NCBI GenBank assembly: GCA_963793305.1
Contig: CAWBZV010000003.1
Location: 544,001-608,000 of the forward strand
Length of the DNA stretch: 64,000 nucleotides
Source of the DNA: an uncultured Gemmatimonadales bacterium
Lineage (GTDB): Bacteria > Gemmatimonadota > Gemmatimonadetes > Gemmatimonadales > Gemmatimonadaceae
Direction of reading: 5' to 3'
This document shows, in pieces, positions 30,332 through 39,961 of the stretch. The notes beneath the pieces are model-generated. The model saw only the letters and a list, made by a program, of their open reading frames with translations, searched no databases and had not been told where the DNA came from. The translations under genes were made by a program, and so were the position numbers. The first letter of the stretch is position 1; each line of letters begins with the position of its first letter.

Positions 30332-30982
30332 ATGGCCCATACCCTCCCGCACGCCACGGCGCTCGTCCTGCTGCTCGTCGTACTCACGGACCTCGCCGTG
30401 CTTGGCACGATGCGCCTGAGCACGTGCATTCGCGCCCTCGCGGTCCAGGGCCTCTTGCTCGGGTTCCTTCCGATTCTCATTGCGCCCACGGTATCGCTCC
30501 ACGCCGTCGGTCTCGCGATCGGTACCATCGCGGTCAAGGCCGTGGCGCTGCCATTGTTTCTGGTGTGGGCGATCCGTGAGGCCGCCGTGCGCCGGGAAGT
30601 CGAGCCCACGATTGGCCCGATCGCGTCGCTGCTCCTCGGCGCGGCCGCCGTCGCTCTCGCGTTTGCCATCGCCGCGCGGCTGCCGGAACCGCCTGGGTCG
30701 GAGGCGCTTCTCGTGCCGTATTCGCTGGCGACGCTGATCATCGGATTCATCGTGCTCACGACCCGGCGCAAAGCGGTGACGCAGGTCGTCGGGTATCTCA
30801 TACTCGAGAACGGCATCTATCTCTTCGGCCTCACGCAGACCGAAAGCGTCCCATTCCTGCTGGAGCTCGGCGTCCTGCTCGACGTCTTCGTCGGCGTGTT
30901 CATCATGGGCATCGTCGTGTTTCACATCAATCGCGAGTTCGACTCGCTCGACTCGGCCCGCCTGACGGAGCTGTCGGACTGA
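30332..30982 (+). CDS. hyfE: HyfE-like membrane subunit
   Basis: QVVGYLILENGI, ELGVLLDVFV, IN..FDS.D...L. Confidence 0.88.
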   Translation: MAHTLPHATALVLLLVVLTDLAVLGTMRLSTCIRALAVQGLLLGFLPILIAPTVSLHAVGLAIGTIAVKAVALPLFLVWAIREAAVRREVEPTIGPIASLLLGAAAVALAFAIAARLPEPPGSEALLVPYSLATLIIGFIVLTTRRKAVTQVVGYLILENGIYLFGLTQTESVPFLLELGVLLDVFVGVFIMGIVVFHINREFDSLDSARLTELSD

Positions 30983-32418
30983 TGCGCCTGATCGCCCTGA
31001 TCGCGCTCCCCGTCGTGGGCGCCGGCGTCGCCGCGCTGGTCGCGCGCCGGGCGACCGCGTGGCGTCTCGGCGTTCTGATCACCACGACCGCGGTGCATGC
31101 CGCACTGGTGGCGTCACTCTGGTTGGCGCCTTCCTCGGGGGCACTCGGCGGCTGGCTGTCGGTCGATGCGCTGGGCCTCATCGTGCTCACGCTGACAACG
31201 ATCCTATTTTTTCTCACCGCACTGTACACGGTTGGCTATCTGGCGCGGGAGACGCCGCGCGGGGGGCGCGTGTTCGTGAGCGGGCTGCTCGGGTTCCTGG
31301 CCGCTACGTCGCTCGTCGCGCTGAGCCAGCATCTCGCCATGCTGTGGGTCGGAATGGAAGCGACGACGCTCACCGTGGCGCCGCTCATCTTCCACCGTCA
31401 CGACCGCCGCTCGCTGGAAGCTGTGTGGAAATATCTGCTCATCTCCTCGGTCGGGATCGCGCTCGCGCTCCTCGGGACGTTTCTGCTGGCGACCGCACAG
31501 GCCAACGTCCCCGGGCGTGCTCTCATCCTCGGCGACCTCGTGGCCCACGCCGGCGAGCTCCACGCATCCTGGCTCCGCGCCGCGTTCCTGTTCCTGCTCG
31601 TGGGGTTCGGAACGAAGATGGGACTCGCGCCGATGCACACGTGGAAGCCCGATACGTACGGCGAGGCGCCGAGTCTCGTGAGCGGCCTCATGGCCGGCGC
31701 GCTCACGAGCTGCGCGTTTCTGGGCGTCGCGCGGATCACCCAGGTCGCGATGGCGGCTGGTCTCGGCCCCTTCATCCAGCCGGTGTTGATCGGCTTCGGG
31801 CTCCTCTCGCTATCGGTCGCCGCGGCCTTCATGCTCGGCCAGGGCGATGTCAAGCGATTGCTCGCCTATTCGAGCGTCGAGCACATGGGCCTTCTCGTAC
31901 TCGGCCTCGGCTTCGGGGGGATCGGCGCGTACGGCACGGTGCTCCATCTGCTCAACAATGCCTTGTCCAAGGGGTGGCTCTTTCTCGTCGTCGGTAACGT
32001 CGTCCTCGTCACCGGAAGCTCCGCGGCCGCCGCGAATCGTGGACTGGTTCGCACCCTGCCGATCTCTGGGGCGCTGCTCGTGCTCGGCCTCTTCGCCGTG
32101 ACTGGATCCCCGCCGTTCGGCCTCTTTTTGAGCGAGTTCACGATCCTGCGGGCCGCCGTCGCCACGGGGCAGCTCTGGGTCGCCGCCGCGGTGCTCATCC
32201 TGCTGGCCATCATCTTCGTCGGCATGGCGACGATGATCCTCAACATGGCGCTCGGCAACCCTGAGTCGGCGGAGGCGCCAGTCCGTGAGAGTCCGTGGCT
32301 CCTGATCGGACCGGTCGTGCTGGCCGCTATCGTCCTCATGCTCGGCGTCTACCTTCCCGGCCCACTCCAGAGTGCCCTCACCCACGCGGCCGTCTCGCTG
32401 GGAGGCGCGGCGCCGTGA
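30982..32418 (+). CDS. hyfF: HyfF (NuoM/N-like) antiporter subunit
   Basis: WVGMEATTL, SLEAVWKYL, GFGTKMGLAPMHTWKPD, KRLLAYSSVEHMG, GSPPFGLFLSEF. Confidence 0.9.
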   Translation: MRLIALIALPVVGAGVAALVARRATAWRLGVLITTTAVHAALVASLWLAPSSGALGGWLSVDALGLIVLTLTTILFFLTALYTVGYLARETPRGGRVFVSGLLGFLAATSLVALSQHLAMLWVGMEATTLTVAPLIFHRHDRRSLEAVWKYLLISSVGIALALLGTFLLATAQANVPGRALILGDLVAHAGELHASWLRAAFLFLLVGFGTKMGLAPMHTWKPDTYGEAPSLVSGLMAGALTSCAFLGVARITQVAMAAGLGPFIQPVLIGFGLLSLSVAAAFMLGQGDVKRLLAYSSVEHMGLLVLGLGFGGIGAYGTVLHLLNNALSKGWLFLVVGNVVLVTGSSAAAANRGLVRTLPISGALLVLGLFAVTGSPPFGLFLSEFTILRAAVATGQLWVAAAVLILLAIIFVGMATMILNMALGNPESAEAPVRESPWLLIGPVVLAAIVLMLGVYLPGPLQSALTHAAVSLGGAAP

Positions 32419-33926
32419 GGCGATTTGAGGACCAAGAGCTCCGCAATCGCCGCGCGATCCCGCTCAACGCGGTCCCGGTGCAGCCGGTCGAGCGGTTTCG
32501 GCAGATCGTACTCGACGCGGTGGCCGCGGACTGGCGTCTCGTCTCGTTCTTCGGCATGCCTGAGGGCGGCGAGGCGACCCAGCTCATCGCCGTGCTCGCC
32601 CACGACGCGACGGGACAACTCGGCGCCGCGAGCGCGCGGGTCATCGAACGGTTCACCGCGCTCACGCCGGACTGTCCTCAAGCGCACGTCTTCGAGCGCG
32701 AAATCGCCGAGCAGTGCGCGATCGTACCGGAGGGCCATCCGTGGCTCAAGCCGCTCCGGCGTCACTTACCCGACCACCGCGCCGAATGTCGCGCGGCGGT
32801 GGTGCTCGACCCGGAGCGGTACGAGTTCTATCGCATCGAGGGCGAGGAGGTCCATGAAGTGGCCGTGGGGCCGGTTCACGCGGGGATCATTGAGCCGGGG
32901 CATTTTCGATTTCAGGCGCACGGCGAAGAAGTGCTGTTTCTCGAGATCATGCTCGGCTATCAGCACCGAGGCGTGGAACGGTTGCTGGAGACCACGCCGC
33001 GCGAGCGCGCGGTGCTGGTCGCCGAGTCGATCGCTGGTGATACGGTGATCGGACATGCGAGCGCGTATTGCGGCGCGATGGAAGCGCTCGCCAGGAGCCG
33101 GAAGACGCCGCGGGCGCAGACGATCCGCGGCATCGCGCTCGAGCTCGAGCGACTGGCGAATCACATCGGGGACCTGGGTGCGATCGCGGGCGATGTGGCG
33201 TATCAGCCGGGTGCCGCGTTCTTCGGCCGCATGCGCGGCGAGTGCCTCAACCTGCTCATGACCATCTCCGGCAACCGCTACGGCCGTGGTCTCATCCGGC
33301 CCGGCGGCGCGGGATTCGACATCCGGCCCGACATGGGAGCCGCCGCCCAGGACAGGCTCGCGCGTCTGCGCGACGAGTTGGCGCCGGTCGCGACGCTCAT
33401 GTTCGAGACGGCGACAGTGCAGGGACGACTCGACGGCGTTGGCATCGTCCCGCGCGACCAGTGCGTCGAGCTCGGATTCGTGGGCCCGGTCGCGCGATCG
33501 TGTGAGGTCGCGCGCGACGTGCGCCACGACCACCCGTATGGGATCTTCCGCTTCGCCCATATCCCGGTCGCGACGGCGTGGGCCGGCAACGTCCAGGCGC
33601 GCGTGCTCGTGCGGTGGCTCGAAGTGGAGCGTTCCCTGGCGTTCGTGCTCGAACAGCTGAACGAGATGCCGCGCGGCGATCCGCGCGTCGAGTGCGGCGA
33701 GCTTCGGCCCGACGAGCTCGCGGTTGCCCTGGAGGAAGGGTGGCGCGGCGAGATCGTGCATGTCGTCATCACCGACTCGCAGGGCGGCGTCCGCCGTCAC
33801 AAGGTCACCGACCCATCCTTTCACAACTGGACGGCGGTGGCACTGGCGCTCCCTGGGAATCAGATCTCGGACTTTCCGCTCTGCAACAAGAGCTTCAACC
33901 TGTCCTACGCCGGACACGACCTCTAG
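32415..33926 (+). CDS. Ehr large subunit (NuoC/D fusion, HyfG/HycE-like) lacking NiFe-binding CxxC motifs
   Basis: VGPVHAGIIEPGHFRF, LGYQHRGVE; L1 position reads ESIAGDT; C-terminus DFPLCNKSFNLSYAGHDL. Confidence 0.9.
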   Translation: MRRFEDQELRNRRAIPLNAVPVQPVERFRQIVLDAVAADWRLVSFFGMPEGGEATQLIAVLAHDATGQLGAASARVIERFTALTPDCPQAHVFEREIAEQCAIVPEGHPWLKPLRRHLPDHRAECRAAVVLDPERYEFYRIEGEEVHEVAVGPVHAGIIEPGHFRFQAHGEEVLFLEIMLGYQHRGVERLLETTPRERAVLVAESIAGDTVIGHASAYCGAMEALARSRKTPRAQTIRGIALELERLANHIGDLGAIAGDVAYQPGAAFFGRMRGECLNLLMTISGNRYGRGLIRPGGAGFDIRPDMGAAAQDRLARLRDELAPVATLMFETATVQGRLDGVGIVPRDQCVELGFVGPVARSCEVARDVRHDHPYGIFRFAHIPVATAWAGNVQARVLVRWLEVERSLAFVLEQLNEMPRGDPRVECGELRPDELAVALEEGWRGEIVHVVITDSQGGVRRHKVTDPSFHNWTAVALALPGNQISDFPLCNKSFNLSYAGHDL

Positions 33927-33929
33927 ACT

Positions 33930-34595
33930 ATGTTCGACTTTCTTCGCACGCGGCTCGCGCAAGGCACCCGAACATCGCCCTTTCCGAAGGGTGGCGCGGA
34001 TTTTCCCGAGCGGTTTCGCGGGTTACCGGTCCTCGAGGCGAACGTGCCCCGCGATGTTGGCGCGTGTCTCTTCAGCCCCGAGGAGGGCGCGTACACACGC
34101 GACTATCGAATGGCGAGCGCCACGCGCCAGGATCTCGTCGCGACGACGGGAGAGCTCCAACTGGCCGGCGCTCTCGACGAGCGCATGCGCCGGCTGTTCG
34201 GGCGGTCCTTGAGGCTCCGGTCGGTCGTCGCGGGCAGCTGTGGTGGTTGCGAGGCCGAGCTAGTGGCGCTGGGCAACGTCGTGTTCGATCTCGGACGGTT
34301 CGGTGTGCAATTCGTCGCGTCACCCCGGCACGCGGATGGTCTCGTGATCACCGGTGTGGTGAGCCGCAATATGCGCCTGGCACTCGAGAAGACCTACGAA
34401 GCGACGCCGGAGCCCCGGCTGGTGATCGCCGTCGGTGCCTGCGCGATTGCCGGTGGTCCGTTTGCGGGAAGTCCAGAGATCCAAGGTGTGCCGTTGGAGA
34501 TCCCCGTCGATCTCTACATCCCGGGATGTCCGCCCCATCCGCTCACGGTGCTCGACGGACTGCTCCGACTCCTGGATCGACTGCCGCGCGCTTGA
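33930..34595 (+). CDS. Ehr small subunit (NuoB/HyfI-like Fe-S protein)
   Basis: GSCGGCEAE, ASPRHADG, GACAIAGG, IPGCPPHP. Confidence 0.92.
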   Translation: MFDFLRTRLAQGTRTSPFPKGGADFPERFRGLPVLEANVPRDVGACLFSPEEGAYTRDYRMASATRQDLVATTGELQLAGALDERMRRLFGRSLRLRSVVAGSCGGCEAELVALGNVVFDLGRFGVQFVASPRHADGLVITGVVSRNMRLALEKTYEATPEPRLVIAVGACAIAGGPFAGSPEIQGVPLEIPVDLYIPGCPPHPLTVLDGLLRLLDRLPRA

Positions 34596-34823
34596 TCAGG
34601 GACGCCAGGAAAGCGCGTACAGCTCTTCGTCGGAGAGGCTCCGCCAGTCAGCCGGATAGGAATGCACACGCCGCATCACCGTTCCCGACAGGAAGACGAG
34701 CGTGCGCGTCTGGTGAGCCCACGGGTGTGCGGCCGTCTCGACCTCGAACACGCGCCAGCGCGTCGTGCCGCCGAGGATCTCGCGCGACCGCGAAACCGAA
34801 TACGGCTGCGAGTGATCCTTCAT
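34596..34823 (-). CDS. Small hypothetical protein
   Basis: 75 aa, WRVFE...LVF...MRRVHSYPADWRSLSDEELYALSW; ATGA overlap with the upstream GAF gene. Confidence 0.65.
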   Translation of the reverse strand: MKDHSQPYSVSRSREILGGTTRWRVFEVETAAHPWAHQTRTLVFLSGTVMRRVHSYPADWRSLSDEELYALSWRP

Positions 34824-35290
34824 TGCGTGGAATCACCACGCTGACTGCGGCGTGCCGCGAGGGTCCACGCGAGCAGCGATGCGACCCGTTTGACGATCCC
34901 CGCCTCGGCCCACGTGAACCGTCGCGGGTCCGTCGCGTGCACGCTCAGGACGCCGTACTGCCAGTCGCCCGCGACGATCGGGGTGCACACGCTGCTGACG
35001 ACGCCGCAGCGCCGAAGCAAGGCGTCGTCGAGGCGACGGGTGCCTCCGACGTTGTCGAAAATGACCGTGTCGCCCGCCGCGAGTGTCATCCCGGCCTGAG
35101 TCGTGTCGCGTGCCGCGATCGGTGCGCCATCCATGACCCCGGCGGGCCAACCGAGGCCCGCCCGCATGCTCAGGATCTCGCCCGCGGCATCGAGCTCGAG
35201 AATCTTGGCCAGCGGCACGCCGAGCTCGCGTGTCAACTCATGCAAGGCCGCCTCGAGGAGCGCCTGTTCGTCCGACGTGCCGCCGCTCAT
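34820..35290 (-). CDS. Stand-alone GAF-domain protein (paralogue 2)
   Basis: LGVPLAKILEL...RAGLGW...QAGMTL...YGVLSVHATDPRRFT. Confidence 0.8.
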   Translation of the reverse strand: MSGGTSDEQALLEAALHELTRELGVPLAKILELDAAGEILSMRAGLGWPAGVMDGAPIAARDTTQAGMTLAAGDTVIFDNVGGTRRLDDALLRRCGVVSSVCTPIVAGDWQYGVLSVHATDPRRFTWAEAGIVKRVASLLAWTLAARRSQRGDSTQ

Positions 35291-35826
35291 GCGACCGGAG
35301 TTTCGTTGCGGCGCCGCCGGATGCCAATCGCTATAAGCCCGGCGGCGCGATTCACGAACCGGGTCTCCGTCGGCGTGAAATGGCGGCGCGTCATCGTGTG
35401 CACGCTGAGGACGCCGAATGGCCGTTCGGGCGCACCGATCACGGCGCTCAAGCCGCTCACCACCCCGTGGCGCCGGAGGAGCGTGGCGTCGGCGAACCGG
35501 TGGGTGCGGCCCAGGTCCTCGCAAACGACCGGTCCGCCCAGGCGCAGGGTGAGCCCGGCCTGCGACCGCGAGCCGAGCGGGACGCGCGCCCGACCGACGG
35601 TTCCGGGTTCCCACCCGACGCCGGCCACCACGAGCAGCCAGGGCGACGACGTTTCGAGCTCGAGCACTTTGCCGTAGGGCACGCCGAGCGTCACGACGAC
35701 GACGCGCACGGCGGCGTCCAAGAACTCGAGCTCGGTGCTGGCTCCCGATCCGAGCGCCTCGATGCGCTCGAGCGCCGGCTCCCAGTGTGCGTCCGTTTGG
35801 GCGGCGGCGGCCAGTTCGGTACTCAT
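35287..35826 (-). CDS. Stand-alone GAF-domain protein (paralogue 1)
   Basis: LGVPYGKVLEL...AGVGW...QAGLTL...FGVLSVHTMTRRHFT. Confidence 0.82.
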   Translation of the reverse strand: MSTELAAAAQTDAHWEPALERIEALGSGASTELEFLDAAVRVVVVTLGVPYGKVLELETSSPWLLVVAGVGWEPGTVGRARVPLGSRSQAGLTLRLGGPVVCEDLGRTHRFADATLLRRHGVVSGLSAVIGAPERPFGVLSVHTMTRRHFTPTETRFVNRAAGLIAIGIRRRRNETPVA

Positions 35827-35840
35827 GCGACGCCTCTGTT

Positions 35841-35890
35841 ATTGAACGTCGAGTCAATGTATAGTGAGAGCCATTGACCGGCGAGTCAAT
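35841..35890. promoter_or_regulatory. Two 18-bp TetR/BetI-type operators in the divergent promoter
   Basis: ATTGAACGTCGAGTCAAT (35841-35858) and ATTGACCGGCGAGTCAAT (35873-35890), with TATAGT between them. Confidence 0.72.
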
Positions 35891-35976
35891 ATCAGGCGGC
35901 GGCCAGGTCGGCGGGCTCGTGCACAGCGTCGGGCGCGGGGTATCTTCTTGAGCCTGGGATCCAAGAGGAGTGACCT

Positions 35977-36618
35977 ATGCCGGGACGGAAGGCGCCGGAG
36001 ACAGAGCGCCGAGCGCAAATCATGCGGGCGGCGTTCGAGGTGGCGGCGCGCGACGGGTTGGAGGGACTGACGGTCCGCAAGGTGGCGACGCGTGCGCGAC
36101 TGTCGAGCGGGCTCGTGCTGTTCCATTTCAGCACGAAGGAGCAGCTTATCGTCGCCCTACTGGATTGGGTCCTGGCGACGACGACGGTGCTGCACATCAC
36201 CGAGGACATCGCGAGCATCCCGGCGCCGCTCGACCGGTTCATTGCGTTGCTACAACGCGAGATGCATCGGCTGTCGGCCGAGCCACGCCGCATGCGCGTG
36301 TTCTTCGAGTTCTGGGTCATGGGGATCCGGCATCGCGCCGTGGGCGCCCGAATGCGCACGGAGCTGCGCCGGTACCGGGAGGCATTTCGGCCGATGGCGG
36401 AAGAGGTGCTGCGAGCAGAGCCCGGCCGATTCGCGCACGTCACGCCCGCGGGGTTGGCCGCGGTCGGCGTGAGCTTCATCAAGGGATGCGCGGTCCAGTC
36501 TATGATCGACGCCGAGCACTTCGATATCGCCGATTACCTCGCGGCCGCCCAGGGATTGGTGGGGCAACTTGGCGTCGCTCGGCCGAACGCGCGTCTCCGG
36601 CGCGTCCCGGGCAAATGA
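35977..36618 (+). CDS. TetR-family (BetI-like) transcriptional regulator
   Basis: RRAQIMRAAF...LTVRKVATRARLSSGLVLFHFSTKEQL; RBS GAGGAG. Confidence 0.92.
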   Translation: MPGRKAPETERRAQIMRAAFEVAARDGLEGLTVRKVATRARLSSGLVLFHFSTKEQLIVALLDWVLATTTVLHITEDIASIPAPLDRFIALLQREMHRLSAEPRRMRVFFEFWVMGIRHRAVGARMRTELRRYREAFRPMAEEVLRAEPGRFAHVTPAGLAAVGVSFIKGCAVQSMIDAEHFDIADYLAAAQGLVGQLGVARPNARLRRVPGK

Positions 36619-37175
36619 GCGAGGCGGTCGTCGGCGTGGTGGCGGCCTTTGTCCCGTTGGCCGCGCTGTGGTTCATGCGGCGCCGAAGGCCTGTGGACGG
36701 CACATTGGCCGAACAGGAGGCGGTCGAGGTGGCGGCCGTCGCGGCGGCCGCGCGTGTCCTGCCGCAGGGGGTCGATGTGTTCGACGTTGGTGAACCGTGG
36801 GGTCTCTACACGCTCGGCGCAGTGGTCGATGCTGTCGGCGAAGTGCCTCGCGCCATCATCGTGCGCCTCAGGCGGATGCGGGCGATCGACGCCGGCGGCG
36901 CGCAGGTGCTCGCCGACCTGCTATCGCGCTGCCGTCGTCAGCGGACACTGGTCATCCTCAGCGAGATGCCGGTAGCGGTACGGCTGGCGATTGCGCAACG
37001 GGCGGTGGGCCGCGGCGCGCTCGTGGCCGACTCGCTGGATGTTGCCATCGCGCGCGCGTGGATGTACCTCGGCGGCGCCATGCACGGCGCGGCTAGTCCC
37101 GTCGCCGGTGCCCCGCCGCACGCGGAGCCTCGAGACCCGAGCGGAATCTCGGATTGGGTGCGGCGTTCACCGTAG
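36615..37175 (+). CDS. Membrane-anchored STAS-domain protein resembling the C-terminus of SulP transporters
   Basis: TM helix ending WFMRR, LPQGVDVFDV, AIIVRLRRMRAIDAGG; ATGA overlap with tetR. Confidence 0.65.
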   Translation: MSEAVVGVVAAFVPLAALWFMRRRRPVDGTLAEQEAVEVAAVAAAARVLPQGVDVFDVGEPWGLYTLGAVVDAVGEVPRAIIVRLRRMRAIDAGGAQVLADLLSRCRRQRTLVILSEMPVAVRLAIAQRAVGRGALVADSLDVAIARAWMYLGGAMHGAASPVAGAPPHAEPRDPSGISDWVRRSP

Positions 37176-37760
37176 GCGGAGCGATCAGCGCGGCGCTGCG
37201 CGATGCGGGTCGTGGACGGATTCAGGTTCTCGACATCGCGGCGCTGCGACGCGTCGCGGCAACGGTGGAAGAGAAGCCGCGCTAGTCGGACGCCAGCCGG
37301 ACCGATTCTCTCGCTTGTCGAGCGATGGGGTGGCGTAGGAGTGCCCATCCGATGAATGGCACCCCGACCGTGCTTGGCAGGAGCCAGTAGGCGATCGGCG
37401 GGAGGTACCCGGCGACAACCCGACGTCCGCAACGTTTGCTAGACCGCTAATGCGGCCTACGACCAGAAGTACATTCCCTGCTCTCTGGTCGATTACATGA
37501 GTAGCACCGTGAACGGCATCGGACGATTTTGGGATGCCGTTTCGTACATCTGGGGCGTGATCACAAGACGCGTTGAACTCTGAACGAGCGTCTGCACGAA
37601 TCGGTTGTGTTGTAAGACCGCTGGGCGGGGCTCACGTCCTTAGTTAGTGTCGCTCGCTCTTAAGTGGTCGGTGTCGCCGACGGGCCGGTTCGTATGAAGC
37701 ATGCTGTTGGCCGTGGTTAGTGTGATTCTCGCGAGGACGGCACCACACGGTGGTATCCAT

Positions 37761-38645
37761 TTACCAAGGACGATAGGGCGTCGATGAAATCCTGACGTCA
37801 AACCCTGTCAAGCCCTTAGATCGCAATAGGCCTACCGCAGCTTGCTTCGCAAGCTCCGCGTGCGGACCTGGACCCACGATAACGTCCGCTATCTGTAGGT
37901 TATTGGCGCCGGGCGTTAGTGCGACGTACGGAATAATCCCTGTTCTGCCGTCTCGAAATAGGGGAGGAGTCACTCCCACGAGCTGGCGCCACTGGATCAA
38001 GCGCCATTCCTGTTCCTCTTTGAAGCTGTGGTGTTTGAATGATGCGGCGAGGAGCAGTACCCCGTTGAGAAATTGACTGCCATGTAGATCCCAGAGTTCG
38101 GTCGGATCTGGTTTGGCTTTTTGTTGTCGGGCCTCACGGAGAACGGAATTGACCAAGAGTTGTAGGAGTGCCATTTGCTCGGTCTCGTCATACACGCATG
38201 GTATGAACAGGCCTTCCGCCTCCCGTAAATGTGTCGACGAAAGACCCACCGCGAATCCGCCGCTCGGCGGGGCGTACGCTCGCCATTGAGACAACTGATC
38301 TTCCGCTTCGGAGAAGGCCGCTGCGAAGAATTGATACCCGTGTGCGGTAATCGATAGAGCTTTGAGGCAGGAGTTGTAGACCTGTTTCTCGGCCTCGTTC
38401 GGATTGGCGTCTCGCCAGAGGGTCAGATACTTCTCGACGAAACTGTGAGCGAGATCGAACTCCCTCGAGTCGTTCAGATATCTGATGTCCGTGGCCCAGA
38501 TCTTTCCAGTCTGCACGATACCGAGTAGCCCCTGTGGAGACGTGTAGTGGTACACCACCGGTCGCGAGGGTCGCCGGAGCTTCTCGAGTACGGCCTTGTA
38601 AGGACCATTGAGCGCCGGCGAGGAAGGATTGTTCGCCGCAGTCAT
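37761..38645 (-). CDS. DUF2971-domain protein
   Basis: VYHYTS, WATDIRYLNDSRE, DQLSQWRAYA, KHHSFKEEQEWR; lower GC than its surroundings. Confidence 0.8.
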   Translation of the reverse strand: MTAANNPSSPALNGPYKAVLEKLRRPSRPVVYHYTSPQGLLGIVQTGKIWATDIRYLNDSREFDLAHSFVEKYLTLWRDANPNEAEKQVYNSCLKALSITAHGYQFFAAAFSEAEDQLSQWRAYAPPSGGFAVGLSSTHLREAEGLFIPCVYDETEQMALLQLLVNSVLREARQQKAKPDPTELWDLHGSQFLNGVLLLAASFKHHSFKEEQEWRLIQWRQLVGVTPPLFRDGRTGIIPYVALTPGANNLQIADVIVGPGPHAELAKQAAVGLLRSKGLTGFDVRISSTPYRPW

Positions 38646-38733
38646 GGGGGTGGGTCTTTGGATTTACGACGGAGGTTGTCGGGACAGGTTCAACGCTTAC
38701 CGGAGCTGTGCCGATTGCGACTCCACGGTCGCC

Positions 38734-39480
38734 TCAAGGGCTCGCGATTGTTGTGAGGAGCAGCTCTTGGCATTGGCCTCGCGCGAGATCGAACAGGCAC
38801 GCTCGATCAAAACGCGACGCGTACGTGGCATTGCGCACAGTGGTAGTAACGTGAGTCCAGGTAGATGGATTTGTATCCGAGTGGATGAGAAGGAGCCATA
38901 GGCAAGCATACGTCTCTCGGTATTCCTTGGCTCTCTCGCTTTTCCTTTCTATGCGACGTTGAATCTCGTCTTTTGTGAGTGGTGGCACCTCGTGCATGTC
39001 GCCATCTCGCCAGTCGCCTCCGCTGAGTTCAGATGCCCATGCGACACTCACACGCAGGATAGGCCAGTCATCCTCGGGGGCCATCTCGAAGTCGACGGCT
39101 GAATCGGATTGGGGCATATGCTGCGACACGAAGTCGCATAGACCGGCTGCCAGCCGATGCCGGTCTCGTGGCAAGCTGTCGGGTTTCCAGCTAACCCATA
39201 CGTGCAGAGGGGGCCGTCCAGTTTGCAGCCATAAGGCTCGTGCGCGCAGAAGAACTTGATTCCTGAGCGAATCGGCCTCTCGGCGGACCTGACCGGAATC
39301 GCCTCCCGGGTTCAAGTCAGTGAGCTCGATTCCGTGCAGCGACCCATCTGCACCTACGACCACAATATCTGGCTCAGGTGGGTTCGGTTGCCGGATGTCG
39401 CCAAGAGGTGCGCCACGAAATGCGCACTGAAATCGGCGAAATTGCTGCAACTCACGATCTTGCTTCGTGTGTTCCGCCAT
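38734..39480 (-). CDS. Hypothetical protein with PD-(D/E)xK-like motif
   Basis: PEPDIVV...HGIELTDL; later K...Y...WLLL. Confidence 0.55.
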   Translation of the reverse strand: MAEHTKQDRELQQFRRFQCAFRGAPLGDIRQPNPPEPDIVVVGADGSLHGIELTDLNPGGDSGQVRREADSLRNQVLLRARALWLQTGRPPLHVWVSWKPDSLPRDRHRLAAGLCDFVSQHMPQSDSAVDFEMAPEDDWPILRVSVAWASELSGGDWRDGDMHEVPPLTKDEIQRRIERKSERAKEYRETYACLWLLLIHSDTNPSTWTHVTTTVRNATYASRFDRACLFDLARGQCQELLLTTIASP

Positions 39481-39961
39481 GATTCACGCCAGCAGGGCGG
39501 GCAGTTTGGAGACAATTAAAGGTAGCACCGGTCGAGCAGCACAACCGACGGTTTCGCGAAGAAAAATACTACTTACGTGGGGGCACAGTTGCGCGGCACG
39601 TCGACAAAACGCCGATCCGGAACGCCGGTCGCTCGTTTGGTGGGGATCGACACTAGTTATGAGTAGTGTAGTCGTCGAACTATACCCGGTGGACGCGGTG
39701 TCGCCGCGAACGATAGGAGGGCATTGTATGTCGATAGAAATAACTGTTTTGTCGGGCAGCCTTGGGCTGTTACCGATTGCAGCACCAGTGAACGGCAGCT
39801 ACTCAGGCTCGTTAGGCCGATAAACTGAAAGCAAAGGGGGCGCTAACACAGGCCCCTTTTGTGATTTCCAAGGGCTGGCGTCGAGGGGCGGGCGCGATCG
39901 AGTATTCTTCGTGTGGGCACCTCAACTCTAAAGAATACGTGCAACGGGGTTCCCGAGTCGC

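Noticed and set aside
32415..33926. [NiFe]-hydrogenase / formate hydrogenlyase call
   Set aside because: Both Ni-binding CxxC motifs are absent and there are no maturation or formate dehydrogenase genes in the window.
39833..39860. AAAGGGG...CCCCTTTT hairpin as a terminator
   Set aside because: It lies between divergent genes with no gene ending nearby, so its function is unsupported.
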